Positions 1 through 8,800 of a DNA stretch of 48,438 nucleotides are shown piece by piece. The notes under the pieces are model-generated. The model saw only the letters and a program-made list of their open reading frames with translations. It did no database searches and was not told the origin of the DNA. Made by a program: the position numbers and the translations under genes. Position 1 is the first letter of the stretch; every line of letters starts with the position of its first letter. Origin of the DNA: an uncultured bacterium (lineage in GTDB: Bacteria; Patescibacteriota; Minisyncoccia; Phycocordibacterales; PALSA-1337); the NCBI GenBank assembly GCA_903864905.1, contig CAIPHR010000073.1, positions 1-48,438 of the forward strand, in the 5' to 3' direction.

Positions 1-63
1 AATTGATACACATATACGATACAGATATACGCATACATACTATTATATGAATAATTAATAACA

Positions 64-1521
64 ATGAAAATTGAATTAGCAAAACTTACAATAGAGAAAG
101 TACATAAACATTTCATTGATGGTGATTTTACTTCTGTAGAGCTTACACAAGCATATATAGATGAAATAAAAAAGAAAGATATAGATATACATGCATATCT
201 AGAAGTATTCCGAGATGCAATCGAGTCTGCAAGTATTGCTGATAAAAGGATAAAAGATGGGGAAGCTTCTCTTTTGACAGGTATACCGATCGCTATAAAG
301 GATAATATTTTGATAAAGGGCAAGATTGCTAGTTCTGGTTCAAAGATGTTAGAGAATTATCATGCGACTTATGATGCAACCGTAATAGAAAAATTGAAGA
401 GAGAAGGTGTTGTATTCATAGGTAGGACAAATATGGATGAATTTGCTATGGGTGGTTCAACTGAAAATTCTGCTTATGGAGTAACCAAGAATCCTCTGGA
501 TCTTGAACGTGTTTCTGGCGGTTCTTCCGGGGGTTCAGCTGCCGTGGTTGCCGCCAATATGGCTCTAGCTTCACTAGGTTCTGATACTGGAGGATCTATA
601 CGTCAGCCAGCAAGTTTCTGTGGTGTAGTAGGTTTGAAGCCAACATACGGTGCGGTTTCTAGATATGGCGTTATGGCTATGGGTTCTTCACTCGATCAGA
701 TAGGGCCAATCTGTAAGACTGTTCGCGATTCTGAAATTATATTTGATATTATTCGAGGTAAAGATATCCATGATGGAACAACTATCGACAATGATACATA
801 TAAAAGTAATTTGGTATCAGATTCCCAAATAAAAAGTAATGATAAAAAGCCAGTATTGGGGGTTCCTTGGCATTTTCTTGGTGATGGTATCGATGACAAG
901 GTCATGCAGAGTTTCAATAATTCTATTGAAAAATTCAAGAAAATGGGGTATGAGATAAAGGAGATCAAACTTCCAAATATTTCTTTTTCTTTGATGGTTT
1001 ATTATGTTCTTATGCCTGCCGAGGTTTCCTCCAATATGGCTCGCTTCGATGGTATGAGATTTGGTTTATATAAAAATGGCGAGAGTGGTATCGATGATTA
1101 TTTCGAATCTCGTCGAGCAGGGCTAGGCCGTGAAGTCATACGCCGTATATTGTTGGGAACATATGTTCTGTCTTCTGGATATTATGATGCATATTACAAT
1201 CGTGCCAATGCCGTTCGGAGGATGATACTAGACGATTTCTCAAAAGCATTTGCATCTGTTCAAGCTATCATTACACCAACAACACCGTCATCAGCATTCA
1301 AAATCGGTGAAAAAACTAATGATCCTGTAGCTATGTATTTGGAAGATATATTTACAGTTACAGCCAATCTAACTGGTTTGCCAGCTATATCTATTCCGAT
1401 GAAGGTAGATGAAACTACGGAATATTCGAAAACCAATATGCCTATAGGTTTGCAGATTACAGCGAAACATGGCTGTGAGTCTACATTGTTCGAAATTGCT
1501 AAGGATATTGAGGTTAAATAG
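64..1521 (+). CDS. gatA: Glutamyl-tRNA(Gln) amidotransferase subunit A (amidase-signature enzyme)
   Basis: 485-aa ORF with amidase signature GGSSGGSAAVVA, SDTGGSIRQPA and PIAIKDN. Length and motif order are typical of GatA. Confidence 0.9.
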   Translation: MKIELAKLTIEKVHKHFIDGDFTSVELTQAYIDEIKKKDIDIHAYLEVFRDAIESASIADKRIKDGEASLLTGIPIAIKDNILIKGKIASSGSKMLENYHATYDATVIEKLKREGVVFIGRTNMDEFAMGGSTENSAYGVTKNPLDLERVSGGSSGGSAAVVAANMALASLGSDTGGSIRQPASFCGVVGLKPTYGAVSRYGVMAMGSSLDQIGPICKTVRDSEIIFDIIRGKDIHDGTTIDNDTYKSNLVSDSQIKSNDKKPVLGVPWHFLGDGIDDKVMQSFNNSIEKFKKMGYEIKEIKLPNISFSLMVYYVLMPAEVSSNMARFDGMRFGLYKNGESGIDDYFESRRAGLGREVIRRILLGTYVLSSGYYDAYYNRANAVRRMILDDFSKAFASVQAIITPTTPSSAFKIGEKTNDPVAMYLEDIFTVTANLTGLPAISIPMKVDETTEYSKTNMPIGLQITAKHGCESTLFEIAKDIEVK

Positions 1522-1603
1522 TATAAAATACAACCATTTTTAGAACTCTTGATGGCTGTATAGTATCAACCTATTTATACTTCAAATTAAATTTCCAATA
1601 ATT

Positions 1604-1612
1604 TGCTATAAT
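1604..1612 (+). promoter_or_regulatory. Extended -10 box TGCTATAAT, 6 nt upstream of the ATG at 1619 (leaderless-type)
   Basis: TGnTATAAT read directly. The 6-nt spacing places the predicted transcription start on the A of the ATG. Confidence 0.5.
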
Positions 1613-1618
1613 ATACCT

Positions 1619-2179
1619 ATGGATCTCATCCCTGCATTGAGCAACGTACTTGAAACAGTATTCGGTTGGCAACCAGTTATATTTGGCGCAGCCAAAAACC
1701 TTGTCAGTTTCTTCATAGTTATATCTTTTCCTCTGTCATTTGTATTTTTCATAGGTATTATTTATTGTGTAGAAAATCTGAAAAAGATACGCAATCGCGA
1801 AGAGGAAATATATGATACAAAAACTGAGCCTGGTTATGAAGTTGTAGCAAAGGTAGATAAACATTTAACGAATCGATGGGAAAGTGTACAGAAGCATATG
1901 AGCTCAACCAATCCAAATGATTGGAAGCAAGCGATCATAGAGGCTGACATTATGCTTGATGATATATTGACAAAGATGGGTTATAGAGGCGAAAGTGTCG
2001 GTGAGAAATTGAAACGCGTAGCAATGGGTGATTTTGCATCTCTAGACGACGCTTGGGAGGCACATAAAGTCAGAAATAGGATAGCGCACGATGGATCAGA
2101 TTTTGCTCTCAGTGAACATGATGCAAAAGAGACTATTCAGAAATATAGGAAGGTTTTCGAGGAATTTTATTATATTTGA
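1619..2179 (+). CDS. Membrane-anchored protein with C-terminal HEPN/DUF4145-like motif
   Basis: 186 aa. Has an N-terminal hydrophobic helix (FFIVISFPLSFVFFIGIIY). The C-terminal AWEAHKVRNRIAH contains an Rx4H motif like HEPN/DUF4145. Confidence 0.45.
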   Translation: MDLIPALSNVLETVFGWQPVIFGAAKNLVSFFIVISFPLSFVFFIGIIYCVENLKKIRNREEEIYDTKTEPGYEVVAKVDKHLTNRWESVQKHMSSTNPNDWKQAIIEADIMLDDILTKMGYRGESVGEKLKRVAMGDFASLDDAWEAHKVRNRIAHDGSDFALSEHDAKETIQKYRKVFEEFYYI

Positions 2180-2203
2180 TCATGATATTGCTTAAAGGAA
2201 GTA

Positions 2204-2734
2204 ATGGTATATACTAGGTTTAGTATGTATATATTTTATGTTCTTTTATTTCTATTAGCCTTTTTTTTGGTCTTTGTTTACTGGTTTTTGTACAGATTGT
2301 ACAAGAGGATAGCCAGGCGTTGCCGCAAGAAAGGCTGTGGTCGTACTGGTGTAGAACGTGTTAGCAAGATATTACTTGCACCAGATGAAATGGTCTCTTT
2401 CCGTAGTACAAAAGGTAAATTACGATGGTTCATCCGTCGTGTCATCAAGTTGACCTTTACAAGGTGTAAATGTGGTTGGGTTGAATTGGTGAAGATCGAT
2501 ACTGATCCAATGTCTCTTTGGCATGCTTGGTGGGCAAAAAAGATGCATAAAGATCAGTATATTTTGGAGGACCCAGTCCTCATAGATGTTGCGCAGAAAA
2601 AGATGAGGCAATTGTACCTTGGTGGTCGACATGAAAGTCTCGATCCTCAAGCTACAGATACGCCTGATCTATCGTTTCGCTCTTTGTCTAGGGATTACTT
2701 TGAAGAAATCTCCAATGTTATAGACAAAGTCTAG
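2204..2734 (+). CDS. Hypothetical membrane-anchored protein
   Basis: 176-aa ORF with an N-terminal TM helix and a basic Cys-containing stretch (RRCRKKGCGRTG). A terminator follows. Confidence 0.6.
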   Translation: MVYTRFSMYIFYVLLFLLAFFLVFVYWFLYRLYKRIARRCRKKGCGRTGVERVSKILLAPDEMVSFRSTKGKLRWFIRRVIKLTFTRCKCGWVELVKIDTDPMSLWHAWWAKKMHKDQYILEDPVLIDVAQKKMRQLYLGGRHESLDPQATDTPDLSFRSLSRDYFEEISNVIDKV

Positions 2735-2753
2735 CTCAGTTCTCGGTTCAGAA

Positions 2754-2781
2754 AGCATGTTACACAGTGACGTGCTTTTTT
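2754..2781 (+). terminator. Intrinsic terminator
   Basis: Hairpin AGCATGT/ACGTGCT followed by a T6 run, just after the stop at 2734. Confidence 0.6.
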
Positions 2782-2846
2782 GTTTGTTGTGTAGTTATCT
2801 GTATATGTTATGGGACAAGACTACACATGTTATTTATTTAAATTAT

Positions 2847-2855
2847 TGGTATAAT
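2847..2855 (+). promoter_or_regulatory. Extended -10 box TGGTATAAT upstream of the giant gene (about 40-nt leader)
   Basis: TGGTATAAT read directly. The leader contains a GAGGA/AGGAAG SD-like sequence before the ATG at 2899. Confidence 0.45.
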
Positions 2856-2898
2856 TTATGAGACTGGGCCTCAGTTTGAGGATCCAGGAAGACCTATA

Positions 2899-5800
2899 AT
2901 GTACTTTAGAAAAAATTGTTTTGAAACATTGAATCAGCGGCCATTTTCAACGGTTCTTTTTGGCGTATTTGTATTAGTTTTTCTTGTTTCTTTCTCTGGT
3001 GTAGCTAGAGCATCGATCTATACACCTGGACAAACTCTCGAACCAGATTGTGCTCCAGGATCAATAAATTGTGGCGTTATCACTCCGAATGCTAGCGCTT
3101 CGCAAACAGGACTTCTCACATCAACTGATTGGACTTCTTTCAACAATAAATTTTCACTAACATTGAATAGTGGCAAGATCTGGATCGGTGATGGATCCGG
3201 TCAGGCTACACCTATCGAAATTTCCGGTGATGCAACACTCTCAAATTCTGGCATCATAACGATATCTGATAATGCGGTCACTACGGCAAAGATCCTCGAT
3301 AGAAATGTTAGTTTAGCAAAGTTGCAAGATATTGGTGCCAGCAAATTGCTAGGAAACCCGACTGGTGCGGCTGCATCTACGACAGAGATATCTATTGGTA
3401 ATGGTCTCACATTTTCTGGTACAGATATAAAAGTCAATGCACCGACATGTCCATCAAATTCATTTTTGACATGGGATGGATCTGCATTTTCTTGTTTGGC
3501 TGATATATCTGATCGTATAGCTAGTGCGCACAATTTCCTCTCTGGGCCATTGAATGGCTCTGCGGCACCTGCTTTTCGTACGATAGATGCATCAGATCTA
3601 GGTACTGGTGCAACTACGAGTCAGGAAGTATTGCTTGGCAATCAGACATGGTACCAACTGCTTGATCCTTCTGGAAAGATCAATGTTAGCGCACTGCCGA
3701 GTACGGTTACAGGATCACTCAAATTCAAAGGCACATGGAATGCACTCACCAATACGCCAACACTGACTGCTCTTGGTGGAGGGGGAAGCTCCGGAGATTT
3801 CTATGTTGTTGATGTTGCTAGTACTACTGATCTACTCGATGGAGGTCATATGTCATGGAATGTAGGCGACTGGGTAGTTCATAACGGTGTGACTTGGGAT
3901 CGAGTATCGCAAGGTGTCACAGTTTCCAGTGTAAATGGTCAAACTGGTGCTGTAGTTCTGAGTACCAGTAATGTCAGTGAAGGTGTTAATGAATATTTCA
4001 CCAATGCACGTGCTAGAGGTGCTATGACCGGTGTCGGTCCAATAGTTTATTCTACTACATCGGGTAATATAGATTGCCCGACTTGTGTTCTCGCCAGTAC
4101 GACTAATGGTGATATATTGGCTGGTACAGGTATAGATCCTTCAGGCTCTCTATCAGATCGCTTGATCGGTAGTGGTGATATCACATTTAGCTTAAATAAT
4201 ACAGGAGTGACTGCTGGTGGTTACGGTGGAAATATAGCAGTGGGAACATTCACTGTTGATGCTCAAGGAAGATTGACATCTGCTGGTACAACGACTTTGG
4301 ACGCAGCATCAATATCTTCAGGTTCATTATCAGTTGCTCGTGGAGGTACTGGGGTTGCAACATTCACATCAAAAGGAATTTTATATGGTAATGGTACTAG
4401 CGCACTTTCTTCTTCTGCAGCTGGTACATCTGGTCAATTCCTCGTGGCCAATGATAGTGGTGTACCCAGTTTTGTTTCCGCTTCTGGTGATCTCACAGTT
4501 GCTTCGTCTGGAGCGATGACTATAGGAACAGGAGCTGTAAACTCTACAAAAATATTGGACGGTACTATCCTAAATGCAGATATTTCGGCAAGTGCTGCTA
4601 TAGCGTATGCGAAACTCAATCTTGCAAATTCTATAGTGAATGGAGATATTGCAAATGGGACGAGCACCAATTCCAAACTTGCAAATTCAACAGTTTATTT
4701 CACGCTTGGAACTTCTGGAAATGATGTCAATTTATCCAGTACAGTCGCAGCTCTTGGTGATACTCTCATTATAAATATTCCCAATGCATCAGCAACGAAC
4801 CGTGGTGTAGTTTCGACAACTACACAAACTTTTATTGGTGCAAAAACATTTAGTGGTAACATGAGCGTGATAGGTACTACTACACTCACTGGTAATCTCA
4901 TAACTTCTAGAGGCCCTGATCATTTGACAGATGGAGTACAGAATGATGTAGATCTCGGAACTGGTTCATATTTTCATTATATGGGTAGCAGAGCGGCTAC
5001 ATTTACGGGATTCATTGGTGGGTCAGATGGTAGAGAGTTTACACTTTTGAATGATTCTGATCATGATATAACCCTGACAAACAATGATACTGGTTCGATC
5101 GATACAAGTCGCATAGAAACGATGCACGGTGATTCGGTTATCATACCTCCAGAAGTTTCTGTTGGACTCCAATATGATGGTGGATCTAGTCGTTGGCATA
5201 TCATCTCGTTTCCTGCAACTGCACAAGCTATTAGTAATTATGCATATCTTAATGATGGTAACAGTTTTGGTGCATCTGCATCCATCGGCACGACAGATAG
5301 TTACGCTCTACACTTTATGACTAGTGGTAGTACGAGATTCTCTATTGGTACTACGAGCGCTAGTTTGGAGGGTAGTGGAGTAACATCTATAACAACAGAT
5401 AATTCACTTTCTCTATCATCTGGTGCAGGCTCCCAACTCAATATAATTTCTGGAACAAATGGAACTTTGAGTATAGATTCGGCGTTGAGTGGGGCCGTAA
5501 ATATTGGCACCAATAGTAATAGTAAAGTTGTTTCTATCGGTAATACTACAGGTGCATCCGCACTTAATCTAAATGCTGGGTCTCAAGGTATCAGTATGAA
5601 TGGAAATATTGCCATCTCTTCTCCTAGTTCATTCTCTTCTGGTTCAGGACTTTTCACCGTCAATTCATCTGGTGTAGTTTTGGCTAGTAGTTCTTCAGTT
5701 ATAGATATGACTGGTTCAGGAGTTCTTGGTTTGAATACGACCACCAATCGTGCGATAACGACAGGCAATGGCATGTTCACTCTAGGTGGAGGGCTCACGG

Positions 5801-8800
5801 TTATTGGAAATAAAATATATATGGGTTCCAATACAACAGGATCCATCATGGTCGCTGATGGTACTAGTTTCAATCCTGTTGCACTTTCTGGTGATGCTAC
5901 TATCAATTCTTCTGGTGCTCTCACATTGAACTATACTACTGCTCAATCTGCTAGTGCAGCAAATAAAGGTTTTCTCACAGCTGCTGATTGGACTTTATTC
6001 AATGCAAAACAACCAGCACTCGGCTATACATCAGAAGATAGTGCAAATAAAGCAGCTAGTGTTCTACTAGGAAATTCTGATACACTTTATCCAACTCAAA
6101 AAGCAGTCAAAACTTATGTGGATAATGCAGCAACTGGTCTCAATTGGCAGCCACCAGTTGAAATCATCAACGTCATAGCTGATACAGCTACGCCAGTGCT
6201 TGCACCAAATAATCTGGATGTATATATTATGAACACTGGTGGAAAAACTGGCACTTGGTCAACATTCGAGGTTGGAGATATGATCCAGTATCAGACTAGT
6301 CAGTGGGTATTTATAAAACATTTGGCTATAGGAGATAGATTTGGTGTAGCTTTCAAGGCCACTACAACACCATCTGGTAGTATGACTGGGTATAAGAATT
6401 ATAAAGTCGAGATCACTGGTGGTACCGCAGGGGCTTTCATATATAGCTTTACAGCACCAAGTGCCAATGATGCTATTTTCGTTCAGAATACCAATGCTTA
6501 TTATAGGAATGTTTCTTTTGTCTATGCTTCATCGACAACTGTGACACCTCAATGGGTGCAACTATCAGCTACAGTTGATTGGCGTATGGGTAGTGGGTTG
6601 CAAGCCAATGGTACTGTTGAAAGTTTAGGACCTCTAACTACTGATTGGACTCAGAGTGGAGCCTTTGATATGAATACCAGTGGCAATGTAAATATAGGTA
6701 ATGGCAAGGCTTTCTCAGTCGCTGGAACTTCTACATTATCAGGAAATATTATCATGCCTAAAGGTACAGATTTTGTTGGTTCAAGTACGCAGAACAACAT
6801 CGATCTCGGTTCTGGTTCAGTATTCAGATACACTGGAACAGGTCCGGCAATTTTCACTGGTTTTGCTGGGGGTGTGAATGGTAGGATGATACGTTTTGTG
6901 AATGCTTCCAATTATACGATCACTCTATCACAAGAGAATGCTGGTTCTAACAATGCAAATAAGATCGTTATAGAGACTGGGGCAGATGCTTTAATTTCTT
7001 CTAACGCTTCTTTCGAAATGTTATATGATTCAGGTATATCACGTTGGAGGGTTACAGTATTGCCAGCAAATACAGCAATATTGCAAGGTGGGAATGCCTA
7101 TGGCGCAACAGAGAGTATCGGTACTACTGATACATACGGACTCAATTTTATTACGAATAATACAAATAGATTTTCTATAGCAACTACATCGGCGACACTT
7201 ACAGGTAATGGCGCAACAACTATTGCAAGTAATAATACACTCTCACTTATGTCAGCAGCGGGTTCTAGTTTGAATGTTATTTCGAGTACTACTGGTGGTT
7301 TGGTATTGGATACTGGTACTACTGGCTCTATCAGTATAGGGACTAGTTCCAATGCAAAGACTATTGCGCTCGGTAATACAACTGGTGCAACGTCTATTTC
7401 ATTGAATGCTGGAACTGGAGGAATAAGCATGAATGGAAGTACCACGATCGCAGGTACAAATACCTTCACAACAGGTTCAGGATTGACGACTATCAATTCT
7501 ACAGCAGTTAATTTGGCTGGAAATTCTAGTGTGCTCGATATGTCTGGAACTGGAACAACCAGTTTGAATACAATTACCAATCGACCAATAAAAACTGGAA
7601 CAGGATCATTTACTGCAGGAGGTAGTTTGATCGTTACAGGTACAAGTACAATGAGTGGCAATATAGTTGCTGTTGGAAATATGTCTACACCAAAAGGTTC
7701 TGATTATGTTACAACTGGTTCACAAAATGATGTCAATCTTGGAACAGGTTCATTATTTAGGTATACAGGTTCAAATATCGCTACTTTCAATGGTATATCT
7801 GGTGGTATTGATGGTAGACAGATATATATTATGAATGTTTCTTCATCCAATCTTACAATTGCACACCAGAATACTGGTTCAGTTGCAGCGAATAGGATCA
7901 TTACTGCAAGTGGCTCATCTGTCACTATCCCTCCTGCAGCAACTATTGCTCTGCAATACGATAGTAGTACAGCACGTTGGAGGATCATGACTACCACTCT
8001 CTCCTCAGCAGCTATTTCTGGCTTTGCTTTCTTACAGAATGGTAACTCATATGGAGCGACAGCTACACTCGGAACCAATGATGGTTATGGTTTGAGTTTC
8101 ATTACTAGTGGAAATACACGTTTTGCTATAGCGACAACATCTGCAACACTTACAGGTACTGGTGCAACATCGATCACTACGGATAGTACACTTGCTCTTT
8201 CTTCTGCTAGTGGTTCTGATCTCAATGTGACTTCTGGAACAACCGGTAATCTCAATCTCGATAGCGGGTCGAGCGGCGGAATAAATATTGGTACGAATGG
8301 AAATGGAAAAACGATAACGATAGGTAATGGTACAGGGCTCAGTTCTCTAGTATTCAATGCTGGTACTGGAAATATAGATATTGGTGCAAATGCTATTGCT
8401 AGAAATATCAATATTGGCACTGGTGCCGCAGTTGTTGAAACTGTAAATATTGGAGGAACAGGAGCCAATGTTATAAGCATTGGAAATACTCAAAATAGTG
8501 GTTCTATTTCGCTGGGATCAAGTATGACAAGTGGAACTATCTCGATCGGTGGAACTGGTTTGCAGACTGGAAATATAGATATTGCACCAGGTACTGGTTC
8601 TCAGGTTGTGACTATAGCGAATAGTGGAGGTGTAAAAACATTGGATATTGGAAATGGTGTTTCTGGCAATACTATTTCTATAGGTAATGGTGCAAATATT
8701 TCTGATCAAGTTTTGAATCTTGCTTCTGGAGCAGCTGGAGCAAATTCTACGGTAAATATTTTGACAGGTGTTGGTACGGCTGGAATACAAACATTGAATC

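Noticed and set aside
2858-2899. 13-codon upstream ORF (MRLGLSLRIQEDL) in the leader of the giant gene.
   Set aside because: It has no SD and is very short. It may be incidental and cannot be supported from sequence alone.
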